From Macrostomum hystrix (taxonomy: Eukaryota; Animalia; Platyhelminthes), in contig CATNEN010000001.1 in the NCBI GenBank assembly GCA_950097015.1, positions 5,642,001 through 5,706,000 of the forward strand: a stretch of DNA of 64,000 bases, read 5' to 3'. The notes under the pieces are model-generated. The model was not told the DNA's origin and did not search any database. It was given only the letters and a program-made list of their open reading frames with translations. Position numbers and translations under genes: made by a program. Shown here in pieces: positions 24,751 to 37,358 of this stretch (the stretch's first letter is position 1; every line of letters begins with the position of its first letter).

Positions 24751-25751
24751 TGTCCGCTTCTTTGATTATTGATTCCGCTTTTTCTCCGTGCGAAATTGCT
24801 TTCTCCTAATATTCCATTCTGCAATGCTATATTTTGATGAGCTGGATAAAACTGGGTTTGCGAAAGAGTTGACTAATCTACATGAATGCTGCTGCATGGA
24901 GAAAAGTCTGCAGACAAACTCTTTAATTTGTCCTTGTTGCCATTCGATACATAAACTAGTTGTTTTCTTTTTTGAATTGACAAGAAATAATAAGAGAAAG
25001 TAAATATAGATTTTTCTTTTCCAGAGATTATTATTTTTTTCGCATGCATGTGCAGCCAGAGACAAAATTATATCTATCTCGCGTGTACAGCAGTTCAGTC
25101 CATGCACTGGTGGATCGACACATGTTCCATAGTTTCTAACCCAGCTGACGAAGAATGGTGCCCATTCTATGATGAGCAAGTTGATCTTCGATTGCACAAT
25201 AAAATACGAGCTACATCTAAATTTAGTGCGTCACAACAACTGTTCGCTCGTAAACATTTTTTAAAATGCCACGATATTGTTAAAACAAAAAAATTTGGTG
25301 AATCGGCTCGGTTGCGAATAAAAAAGAAGTTTGTTTAAAATTAGACCTCCGAAGCTATTCAAAAACAAGAGCGAACAAAAATTTAAATTCAGTGAGAAGA
25401 AAATAAATAAAGGTAATCACCACGAAACGGCAAAACACTTTAACAAAAAAGCGACCACAAAAGAATCGTATTCGAGGTTTTTGGTAGCTGCAAGTGCATC
25501 TAAAAAGTTTATCATGCAATTGGAATGTGATTAAGTGCAATAACTACACTAAAAATAAGCATTATAAATCACACTAATTATTATCGAATATATGCACGTA
25601 GATAAAAAATTATCCATTAGTATAGTGATACGTCGTAGCATTTTATCCACTTTTATTATTTTTTAGTCACTACGATCAAAGCCTATAAATAAAATAGTGA
25701 CAGCAACTTAAATCCATTATAAAAAATAATTGTCACATTGCGACCTAATTG

Positions 25752-28700
25752 TCACTCCATCGGAGTCGAACCAACTCGTCCGAGCAGACACCAGCCCCGA
25801 GTTTTAAGCCAAGTGACGGCCATCTCAACAGCCAGTAGGAGCAAGCCCAGACAGAACAAGCCGCCAGTAACAATGAAGGCGCCAGCCACCGTGTCCATAC
25901 CAATTGCCTCAGCCCCAGTGTAGCTGCTGCCTTCGCTGCCGCACTGCACATCGGTTTCTGGTTCATAGTACTTGTCGATGAGCAGCTGCATTTGGCCGCT
26001 TTCTCGGAACTTGGTTAGACTGCGGGTTGGATTCAGACATTTTGAAAGCCGCCAGAAAAATTTTTGGTAATCAAGGAAGAATATAGATCGCTTCACGCAC
26101 AAAAAATTCAACTGGCGAAAAGAGAATTGAGTACAAGGTAATATATCTATCAAAGAAGTTCGATCCCTCTCCTAAAAACCAGAAAGTTTTTTGCTGCGTC
26201 GAAACGTAGCCACGCAACACCGGATATCAACGGGCAACGAAGTATTCGAAGTACATTTAGTGTGCTGGTGCCACCCGTTGAAATATCCGAAGCTTAACCG
26301 ACTATAAAAGCCCGTCAACATCGAAAACTGCTATCACTGTCACATGCTCGATAAAAGATGATGAATTTTAAAGTTAAAGCAAAGAAAAGAAACAGGTGAA
26401 CTGAATGCATTTGTGCTTAAATGGATTACGTGCACCTTTGTCAGAATCGCTGTGTATTACGATGCTCCTGAGAGGTAGTGGCTTGATTTTATTTCATAAT
26501 GTGTGTAACCAAAAGTGCTAGATGTGGTAATTTTAGGCAGAAAATTTCGTGCAAAATTATGGGTAAGTTGCAGGATATTACAAGCTGTGTTGAAACACTA
26601 AGTATCCTTGGCTACAGGAAGAACTCAGTATCTAATCATGGCGCCGCTTACTAGAAGTCGATAGCCTCAGCGTAGATGGCATCCTCCGGGTAGATCAGGG
26701 CCACGGTGGCAGCGTTGAACAGATCGCTCGCCACGTAGGCTTTGTCGCAGTTCAGTCGAGCGACATAGCGAAGACGCGAAACATCACCAAGGCAGGCAGT
26801 GTCACTGCTTTGTATGGCCTGAAGAATATGAGAATTTGTACGACCCATTGCTTAAACTTTTCGATTGTAAGAGCAACTTTTTTATATTTAAGAGGGCTCA
26901 GAACATAAGCCCTTCGGAACTATCAAGACATTTTTAGAAGTTCCATATTGCTGAATGTCTATATTTTCATCACTTTGGCATGATCCATACCATACCTGGA
27001 AGGGACAATTGGGAGCATCCACAAGCAGCTTTCCTATCTGACCGTAGATGCCGGTTCTCGAAGACTTCAACAGCTGGTACAGGTTGGTACCCGGAATGGA
27101 GCCGGGTCTTATCGCAGTCTGAGTGGTGAAATCTTCAAGCGATTTAATTGGCATCTGGGTCACCGACACCGTTAACATTGACGTCAGGAAGGCTGTTGTG
27201 GAGCAGATAATGTTATTCACTTAACGACATTTTCACAATACTAAAGATCCCATCTAGAACCACCAAACAATTTAGATAAAATATTTGTCTAATCATAAAC
27301 CGAATCTGAGTTAGAAAATTCACAGGTTCAGGTCTGGCATATTTCTGAGCAGTCTAGGTAAATGAGCGTGTCTAAATCTAAAAAGACACTCATACAGTTA
27401 CCCAGTCTAGTAATGAATGAACTAAACATAAACTATTTCCTTCATCTCACCTGTATACGCCGAGTAAACAATAACCTGAAAGAAGAACCAAAAGACCAAT
27501 GAAATCCTGGGCGAATTCGCAAACGGATAGAAGTCTTGGCCTTGCTGCAAGAAGCAACCAGTGACTGTCCATAGATACTCAAGGTAGTTCGCCTCGTCAT
27601 TGATGGCGAACTCCAACTGCAGATTAATGGCTGAGAACGGTGAGTAGTAGGCCAGAATCCACACACAGAACGCAGCAACGAAAAGGGACAAAGCAAGACA
27701 AAGCCAGAGCTGCCATGTCAGAGGATAAAAGATGTTCCACATCTTGGAATGCGGTACGGGACGAGGAACTAAGATTCCGTTGTACTCCGCGAAAAGGTCG
27801 GCAGAGAAGTCGATGACGGCATCGCGAACTGTGGTCTTTGTAAATGCACCAGCGCCAAATTGGGCATTCTTAAATGACAGGTCAATCAGGGCTATGCAAA
27901 GTTAATCAAATCGTTCCGCATATCAAAGAAAGACAAAGAAAAAGCTGATTTTACTCCTCGCTGCATTTCCCCGACGCAGCCGCTGAAAATTGATGAGTTG
28001 GCAACTGGACCACCCCACTGTCCGTCTGAAGGCCGCTGCAGTATGTACCTAAAATAAGTAAGGTTTAGTGCCTATTTGTTTACGAAAATACAATCAACAA
28101 ACGGTTCTACACAACTAAACTTGTATAGACATGTTCTATTCAAGTTCTATTCATAGTAAAAAACAAAAGAATCAAAAAAAAACTGGAAACGCACTGAAAA
28201 TTAAGCTTTTGCGACAGATACTCGACAAGTTCAGGGTAAAATCCTGTGCCAATGAAAACATTATTTCCGAGGTTGGTGACAACGACAGCATGGGGATGAC
28301 CCTGAAAGTAAAAGGTTAAACACATCCACAAAAGTTAAATGTTATATTAAAAATGTGAGTCGAGTGTTTAAAAGTTCGATTTGAATTAAAAAAACATGCC
28401 GTAGGCGTGCAAGCCACAATAGAATCGTTGTTGAAGTCTGTAAAGGTGTTGGGAAAGACGAAATCGGCTCCCTTCTTGCGGAACAGCTTCGTCAGCGAGC
28501 CGCTGCTGAACCGACCGCTCAGCACGAATCGGACCGACGCTCCCACCTGCTCGGTGAATGACGCGACAATCTCGATGCCCTGAGAGTTGAAGAATCCTGT
28601 TGTCGAGTTGTATGAAATCACACCGCGCTCCGAGTCAAAGTTCGTCAGCTGAAATCAAGCAAGCGCAGAGTGCACAGGAGAGCAGTGGTGAAACGCACAA

Positions 28701-30629
28701 GCACATGCAGTCAGCCATGCAGTCGGGACTCACTGAGATGAGCTTGCTGAACACATGAGTGCCAGACGACCATGGCTGCAGAGGAAAGCACGATGCGTTG
28801 CTCACTGCTTGGAATGTCGGCTGCGTGAGTGAGTCCGTGAGAGCCTTTGCCAGAGCCTCGATCGCATCCACGAGACGCACGTCCAGTGTCTGTGAGCATG
28901 CGGTCGGTGAGTGGGTGAGAGTTGACTCACTGCATGCACTCTGGATGTGACTTAAGTCATACTGGAGAGCATGCGATACAGCTAGCGGATTCGGGAGTGA
29001 CAAAGCTCACCCGAATGGCGTCAGTGTCACAGCTGGGGAAGACGTCTCTCACTGCAGCCGCACAGCCTGATGCCTCATTGACGCCTGTCGTGCCTCCTCG
29101 CAGCAGAGCCAAGTTGCAGTTCGTTGGACAAGCTGACATGAGCTGGGACTTGCTCAGTCCACTGTCAATCACGAGCCAGAAGTAGTTCTGCTGCATGACG
29201 CTGGCGTTCGCAGCTGCAGCCAGAATGTTGAGCGCGTTTTGAGGAGTCGCCATGACAACAGCGTTGAACACTTGCTTCTTCATGATGTGCCTGAGCTGCT
29301 CTGAGAGTCCTCCGTCGAGAGTAAAGCGACCGGCAGCTTCGACGTTCAGTGCTATGGAGCTGATTCCCGCATTAGAAAACTTGCTTTGCATAATCTGTGG
29401 AATGGATCCTCCTGCAGTGTTGACGGATCGTGGAAGCTCATAAGCTAGTTTGTTTGTTTGCGTGAAGATTTTTTATAGCTGGAACTATTACCGTTGGCTT
29501 CGTCATACAGAATGACTATCTTCAAAGCCTGTTTTGACTGAAAGGCTGCAACAGCCGCGTCGAAAATTTGTTCGGCCGCGTGGCTTCCAACGACACCGTA
29601 GGCTGTGGGATGTTTTACAAACATAACTTAAGTAATATGCTACGAGTATTGAAAATCTATAGACATTGAAATCGAATGTTGATACTTAATAGCATAGGCT
29701 TCATAAGGTGTACTTTTGTATTTATAGTGTGCATTGTGCATAATCTTTACGGCTGCAAAACACTGATACAGCGCTGGTAATCTTTCGTCGTTGATAAGCT
29801 AAATATTATCTGTGATTGTAATAATCGTGTGATTATTCGCTCTTAGGCGCATGTGCTATCTACGAGTTAAAAAAAAATAAATGCATCTTTCCAAAACTAT
29901 TGGCTTTAAAAGCAGAACAGAATGCAGTGTATATACCATGCGAGCATTTTGTTTCTTACATGTTGGTCTTTGGCTGCACAGAGCTGTTGGCAGGCCGATG
30001 AACGGCAGCTGTAGCGACTTGGCCAGAGAGCTCAGCTCTGAGACGAGACCGCAGCTGCCGACTGCCAGCAGAGCTGACAGACCCGGGTGTGAGCACACTG
30101 CAATGGCAGGTGAAATTTAAGTACAGTTGTGCATTGCTCCTTACTGTAAATTATTATAGGGCATATCTTAAGAAATATTCGTTGAAGAAGAAGAAGAAGA
30201 ATTCTTAAGAAGAATTGGGCACTATTTTGCTCATGACAGAGCAAATCGTATACGGAGGTTTATTAAATCCATCATAAGCTTATTGTAACTAGTTTCTTTA
30301 ACGTCACGGAGCTTTTCTCTGCTGGAATCAAAATGGTTATCAGTGACGTTTTTTCGTCTAAATTTATATTCCTCATCGCCTCTTGAGTTGCTTTACAGCT
30401 CACCATCCCTAGCAGCCAGTTGAGCCCCGTCCGCAGACACCTGCACAGTCACGTGCGACATTGAGTGGCCTGGCAGCAGTCGCCAGTTCGAATTCACTCG
30501 TCTGCTCACGGTCAAGTCGATGAGGGAGATGTCTAATACATTCTGCTCAACCGCAGCTGCTATTTTGAAGTCAAAGCAGGAAGCGACTGACGCTGCAATG
30601 TGCAGCAGCGTTGCTGCTAGCAAAAGCAT
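25752..30629 (-). CDS. iGluR/IR-like receptor, copy C, apparently intact, 12 exons, 843 aa
   Basis: Exons 30629-30404, 30097-29960, 29602-29492, 29411-29011, 28889-28734, 28648-28400, 28301-28195, 28048-27955, 27868-27451, 27192-26996, 26818-26652, 26019-25752. All internal exon sizes equal those of copy A. Intron 6 needs a GC donor. Confidence 0.9.
28443..29378 (-). repeat. Homogenised ATD cassette, copy C
   Basis: Near-identical to copies A and B, including introns. Confidence 0.95.
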
Positions 30630-31269
30630 TTTCAATCAGCTGGCTTAAGAAAGTAGCCCTAAAGATGTCATTCCCGATTTTTCCGCTTTCTCGACTTAAA
30701 TAATCAACACTTCCCTGCCAATCGGGAGTTCGATCCAATGAGGCGGCGTCCTTGCCAAAGTGACCTGCACAATGTAAAACTCGAGTTAAAAAACTGATAT
30801 TCTTTTTTCAGAGACGAAGCCATGACACAGCCAGTCTGTGCAACCTGTTATGCAAGTCATCAACTGCTGCGCTTACTAATATTAGAAAGAAGCGTCATTT
30901 GGTATTAAAAAACTCGCTCCCTTCCGCTGCAAGTTTCCATTTTCGAGTTATTTTATATTAGCAAATTTCGCTCTCTGAAGTGATGACGATGCGTCCGGGT
31001 TCAAGCGAGCCTCTTGGTCTATTGCTTAGAGTAAAACTTCAAGCAAAATTTCCTGAATGTCAGCAGCCTTTCTGGTCGGCTACGGCGTGTTTTCGCTGAT
31101 GCTGTGGCTGATGCCATTCCAGGATCGCCCAGCCTTGCCAACATTTACAAATGACATCACAAATGACATACTGGTAGCCAAATGACAATGGCCACTAAAG
31201 AACGACAATGCGAATAATGTTCAAAGAACGAACTATTCGCAAAGGTTTTCATTGCTTTCTACGCAAATC

Positions 31270-34200
31270 GGCAGTGTGCTCCAGTCCGGGTCTGTCAGCC
31301 CTGCTGGCAGTTGGCAGCTGCGGTCTCTTCTGAGAGCTGAGCACTCTGGCAAGTCGCTGCAGCTGCCGTTCATCGGCCTGCCAACAGCTCTGTGCAGCAG
31401 AAAACCAATACGTAGGCAAAAAGCTTTCATAGAATTGATTAAAAATGCCCATTTACGCATTATCTTATCTTATCGATATTGTAAAGACAGCAAGATCGTC
31501 TTTCGTCTTGAAACTCGCAAATCAATGCTAGTGTCGTTGAGGCTGCGACTTAACAAAAAGTAAAAAATTGTGAGCTTCAGAAAAATGCTTATCTTTAGTC
31601 TCGAGATCGATACCGTATTTTGTTTTTAGCCAGCCATGGAAATTTAATAATACTGTTTCATTAATAGACGCTGCTGTAGCGGCATTTCGATCCAGATGGA
31701 CCACTGGAGTTGCTATCAATCCAATGGTACAAACACGCAGTTTCTTGTGAAAAATGCTTATCATTTCATCTACATAAAACTCCAGAACTTCCACGATACG
31801 ACAACACTGCAGGAGGATCCATTCCACAGATTATGCAAAGCAAGTTTTCTAATGCGGGAATCAGCTCCATATAGCACAGAACGTCGAAGCTGCTCGCCGC
31901 TTTACTCTCGACCGAGGATTCTCAGAGCAGCTCCTCAAAACTCTCCTCAAAACGCACTCAACATTCTGGCTGCAGCTGCGAACGCCAGCGTCATGCAGCA
32001 GAACTACTTCTGGCTCGTGATTGACAGTGGACTGAGCAAGTCCCAGCTCATGTCAGCTTGTCCAACGAACTGCAACTTGGCTCTGCTGCGAGGAGGCACG
32101 ACAGGCGTCAATGAGGCATCAGGCTGTCCGGCTGCAGTGAGAGACGTCTTCCCCAGCTGTGACACTGACGCCATTCGGGTGAGCTTTGTCACTCCCGAAT
32201 CCGCTAGCTGTATCGCATACTCTCCAGTGTGACTTGTCACATCCAGAGTGCATGCAGTGAGTCAACTCTCACCCACTCACCGACCGCATGCTCACAGACA
32301 CTGGACGTGCGTCTCGTGGATGCGATCGAGGCTCTGGCAAAGGCTCTCACGGACTCACTCACGCAGCCGACATTCCAAGCAATGTTAACGGCGTCGGTGA
32401 CCCAGATGCCAATCAAATCGCTTGAAAATTTCACTATTCAGACTGCGATAAGACCCGGCTCCATTCCGGGTACCAACCTGTACCAGCTGTTGAAGTCTTC
32501 GAGAACTGGCATCTACGGTCAGATAGGAAAGCTGCTTGTGGATGCTCCCAATGTCCCTTCCAGGTATGGTATGGATGATTATTTAACCGTAGAAAGACCA
32601 TATGGTATTTTAAATTCCTAACATTGTTCTTTTTTTATCTCCTAAAAGTTTTTGTCAGAAGCCATCATAATCTAGAACACGGGCTTGAGTTTTCGGCTCT
32701 ATCCTATTAAGCACTTTCAGTAACTCAAATCATCGGCATCGTTGAGATTGCCTATCATTTTTGTCGGATGTCTGGTGGCAAAAACACCAATATAGCCATA
32801 TTTTTTGTTACTATGTCGGCTATTATTTTTAGTTATATCCATATTTTTTTTTGTTGACCGATGGACTGACCAATATGGATTCACCATATTCAATTTACGG
32901 AGCAACGTTATCTGTCCTTGTCGCCAGGGTCTTCGTTAATAATTGTTGAATATCTCGAAGAAGATCTGACGGCCTTGAAAGCTAGATCGTGGTCAAGGGT
33001 TGGATAACTTTGATCCATATTGTGGACTTTCTCAAAAATCGGTCTCACGGTTTGTGTGATTTTGTGAAGTAGGCAGTCGGTATTCGATATCCCAATATCC
33101 CAATATTCAGATAAGTGGTCTTTATATAGGTGGGGGAATAGTGATCTTTTTACTGTTAGGTGAAGGTGAATGTGAATGTAAAACTTCCACCCCATACCTG
33201 TTGAGTTTTTTAAGTTTATTTTTTAGGCCAATTCATACACATTTTTTATTAGGAATTGCAGACTATTTTTATGAGTTTCAATGAGTTACAATTGAAAATA
33301 TTTGTGTTAGGCCCTACAAAGCAGTGACACTGCCTGCCTTGGTGATGCTTCGCGACTTCGCTATGTCGCCCGACTAAACTGGCAAGTGATCTGTTTAACG
33401 CTGTCACCGTGGTCTACCCAGAGGATCCAATTTGCGCCGAGGCTATCGACTTCTAGTAAGTAGCACTATGTTATCATCCGCTCTGACCAATTTTTTTATA
33501 AAATTTTCCTAATAAAATTAGTAAAAATATTTTTTTGTTGTCAAAATTGCTGCACGCAGCTTTACAAAGTATAAGTGCCTCCACACCACTCTAGAATATG
33601 TCGTATGGCAGCATTACATTTATGCGTCAATCACAGGGTCAGCCAGGTGAGCTTCGCAAACATTGTCAAACAGAAACAAATATTACCTGTCTACTCAAAC
33701 CTGGTGCCATAATGCACGTTCGTATGCCGCTTAAGATTACGAGCCACATAGTGATTCGCTTTTAGCTTCATACCATGCCGAGTTTGACATGTGTTTCTCA
33801 CGAATGAAGTCGAACGGATCGTGCGACAGCGTACGTTAAGACGTGCTTCACAGTCAACCGCCATCATAAGTTTATGAGGCGAAAGAAACCTAACCTTGAC
33901 ACTATATTCTAATTTTTTTTCGCCCCTTATGCACAATATTCTTTTTTCTGTTTCAGATTACCGCTCAAAATAAAAAAGCAATTTGCATTTTCGAGTCTTT
34001 ACAGTCCATGAGAAAAAAGTATTTAAACTTCTGAAATGTCTAATATGATATCCAACCCGCAGTCTAACCAAGTTCCGAGAAAGCGGCCAAATGCAGCTGC
34101 TCATCGACAAGTACTATGAACCAGAAACCGATGTGCAGTGCGGCAGCGAAGGCAGCAGCTACAGTGGGGCTGAGGCAATTGGTATGGACACGGTGGCTGG

Positions 34201-34333
34201 CGCCTTCATTGTTACTGGGGGCTTGTTCTGTCTGGGCTTGCTCCTACTGGCTGTTGAGATGGCCGTCACTTGGCTTAAAACTCGGGGCTGGTGTCTGCTC
34301 GGACGAGTTGGCTCGACTCCGATGGACTCATAG
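31270..34333 (+). pseudogene. iGluR/IR-like copy D, internally deleted pseudogene closest to copy C
   Basis: Frameshifted exon 2, damaged exon 4, exon 5 fused to exon 10 at ~32381 (QPTFQA|MLTASVTQMPIK), deletions in exon 11 (33311-33456). Exon 12 (34062-34333) nearly identical to copy C. Confidence 0.9.
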
Positions 34334-34591
34334 ATGCTAAATTTCACTTTCGGCATTTTTATTCAATCCTTTTTCATGATTTGACAGATTGAATTCATGA
34401 CTAACAAATATTTCGCCTAATTTATTTCAGTTTTAAGCAAATATGTTTCAACTAAATTGCATAATGTGGGATGAAATAGTGAAAAAATTAGTCTGAATTG
34501 CTTTTTAAGACGATTGTACCCCGAAATAACTAAACAGCCGTCAAAATGACTGATCACGCTGGGCTAGACCTGTGTGAAATACTCACTCAGG

Positions 34592-34873
34592 AGTTGTAGC
34601 CTAGTGTTTAGAGCGTCGTACTCATGATTTGAAGGTCGGGGGTTCGTTTTCCGACTCCACTTAAACAATTTGCGTCCTTTGTGGTTCCTGGTATTACATA
34701 AGCCAATTACCTCAGCATTGCTTCAGTTCAACCAGCTGCTAAATGGGTACCAAGCGTTGGCTTGGGTAATTAAGGGTGCGTGTGGCGTGTTCTCCAGTCT
34801 ATGGATTGAGCAGCCCCAAGCCCTTCAGATGCTACGCGCAATGGCTGCGGCTGTGCTGTCGGCTGCACGTCTG
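34592..34873 (+). mobile_element. CORE-SINE family 1
   Basis: Colinear with 7420-7670 (A and B boxes, CORE-like segment, gctgcggctgtgctgtcggctg). Confidence 0.85.
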
Positions 34874-36137
34874 GTGCAAGTAGCGATCATCTGCTTCTCA
34901 TGGTTGTATTCTACGCAATGGGGCTGCTTACTCCCAGTTGCAGAACCAAACTTGGGGTGACCTTTTGCCACTCGATGGAATCTGGGATTCACTGGTCAAG
35001 GCCGGACACGACCCTAGGAGGATCAAGCAGTTTGATGATTACTTAAAAAGAGGGCAGCAAACGGGCATCCATGATGGTGCATTCATGATAATGCCAAATT
35101 CTCGCTTGTGGCGCTTCACCTCACTTCTTCAAAAGAGCACGTTGGCCCACGGCAATGCCATCTTGACATACTTCACTTAGCTGCTGCGGGCATCCTTCGG
35201 AGGCAGCGGGGAGGCGTTGCCGCCCATTCCGCAACTAAAGCTGCGGTGTCGCGCAGGGGTTGCTTAGGAGTCACTGGCAATCGCAGGATTGTCTCTCACT
35301 GGCTTCTGATCTATTGTTACCAAATGAGTTGTCAGTGCCCACCAGCCCACCTGCAAATATCCTCGTTATTATTAATTTTTTTGAGAATTCAGTAAATGTA
35401 GGGGAGTCTCTAGAACGGTGGTTAGAGCTCAATGGGAAAACTCGCTTTGACCTAAACACTTTGTCCTCGAGGGTGACAAAGCTGGGTTAAAAATAAGTGC
35501 AGGTGTGTCGTGTCGGCCTCTACAGTCTATGGACTGAGCAGCTGTACGCATCCTTTAGAGCGGCCTTTGAATAGCTGCGCCTTACTTCGCTTTACATCAG
35601 GCCCAAAACTTTTTATTAACAGTACAAAGACTACGCTATTTTTCTGTACAAGCCTTTATGGCAAATACATATAGGTTAAAAGATGAAAAAAAAATAATTA
35701 GTCAATCATATATATTAAAAAATGATAGCCGTCATGATTAAATCATGAAATTTAGTCATGTTGGTGGTTTTTGCCACCAGACACCCCGACGTTTTGTCCA
35801 GTCTGTCCAGAATCACAAATCATAAAGTTGTTGTATCAGATAGAAGGGAAAAGTTAAGCCCTTGTTCTGGATTTTCATGGCAATTGGTTGAATGTTTTGG
35901 TAGATACAGAAAAAAATATGTGAGTATTCAAAGAACTACTATTTAAGATTGTCAATTGTCTATTGTATTTAAGCCATTCAGATATGCGGCTGCAAATTGT
36001 CAAAGCAGTCTTCAACACCACCCAATCTATTTATAGGAACAGAAACGACATTGCCGAGACCTTAATTGCGATCCCCTTTTGGAATATTGGAAGATTTAGA
36101 AGTGCACTGCAGCCATTTATCAAGCAAACAATTTACC

Positions 36138-36570
36138 AAATGTGTTAGCGCTGCACAGAGCAGTTGGTAGGCCGATGTACGGAAGCTGCAGCGACTTAGC
36201 CAGAGAGCTCAGCTCTGAGACGAGACCGCAGCTGCCGACTGCCAGCACGGCTGACCCGGGTGGGAGCACACTGCAATTGGCAATTTTCTCGCTGTCAGAA
36301 AGTACAGGCAGTTGCAGCCATCTCAGGTCACTCACCTTCCTTAGCAGCCAGCTGAGCCCCGTCCGCGGACCCTGCACAGTCATGTGCGACATCGAGTGGC
36401 CTGAAAGCAGCCGCCAGTTAGAATTCACTCGTCTTCTCACAGCCAGGTCGATGATTAAAATGTCCAGAGCGTTCTGCTCAACCACAACTGCCAGTTTGAA
36501 GTCGACACCCATTGCGATGGACAGAAGACACAAAAATACTGATATTGCTTAAAAAACATCGCCATACCAA
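36138..36570 (-). pseudogene. iGluR/IR-like copy E, 5' fragment (exons 1-2) with frameshifts
   Basis: VDFKLAVVVEQNALDI...RRVNSNWRLLSGHSMSH and GSCGLVSELSSLAKSLQLPYIGLPTALC. Intron-2 start ggtaaattgtttgcttgataaatgg identical to copy B. No further exons found. Confidence 0.85.
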
Positions 36571-37358
36571 TCATCGTTTTTGAGTTTCTGGTTCGCTAAT
36601 TGCCCCTATCGTCGAAAGACGCAAAGCAATAAGTTTCTAAGACTTTGCTACAAACAATGCTGCTTGCGCGACATTGTAGCTCGTAAATTTTGGCAGGTTG
36701 TGTGTGTCGCGTGCTGGAGTGATGTACGCTTATAAGTATACCTAGAAAATGCTGCTGACTGGAAGCGGGTAATTGGTTCGCACTGCAGGGTTCCTTAATA
36801 ATTGGTTACGCTTCTTTCTGAATTATTGATGAAAGTTAGCTAAGCTAAGCCAGGAAGTTCTGTCACGATGAAAAATATTTTCAACTCCTCAGCTTGTCTT
36901 AGTTACACTTATGAGTATGGTTTTAGTAAAGTTAATTTGAAAAGTTATTTTTGTCTTGGCCGTTGTTGAAGGCGGTTTGAAGGTGAAACTCAAACGCCAT
37001 AATCAAACAGTCTTGTGGCTAGCTAGACTCACGCTTCTTTTAGTAGAACCAGCCAGTAATTACAAATCCATAATGCTCGCCAATTTACGGAAAATAGAGT
37101 CAACCAATAAGCCAATTTAATGGATTCGCAGCCAACGAATAGGCTGTTGCTTCGGAATCGCTGTAATTTCAACAGCTGTTAAATGCTCCATAAAAAATGG
37201 AGTCCTGCTTTGCCTTTCTACGCTTAGCCTTATCTTTCCGCCTAAACTAATCTTCTTTAAGCATGGTATAAAACGACCGTATCATTCCACACGCGCCTCG
37301 TTCTATTTTGCAGGAAAAGCTGCAATTTCTCTGGCTTTACACGATCAACCTGGCAAAC

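Noticed and set aside
32908-35280. Short ORFs at 32908-33195 and 34938-35180
   Set aside because: No recognisable motifs or splice support.
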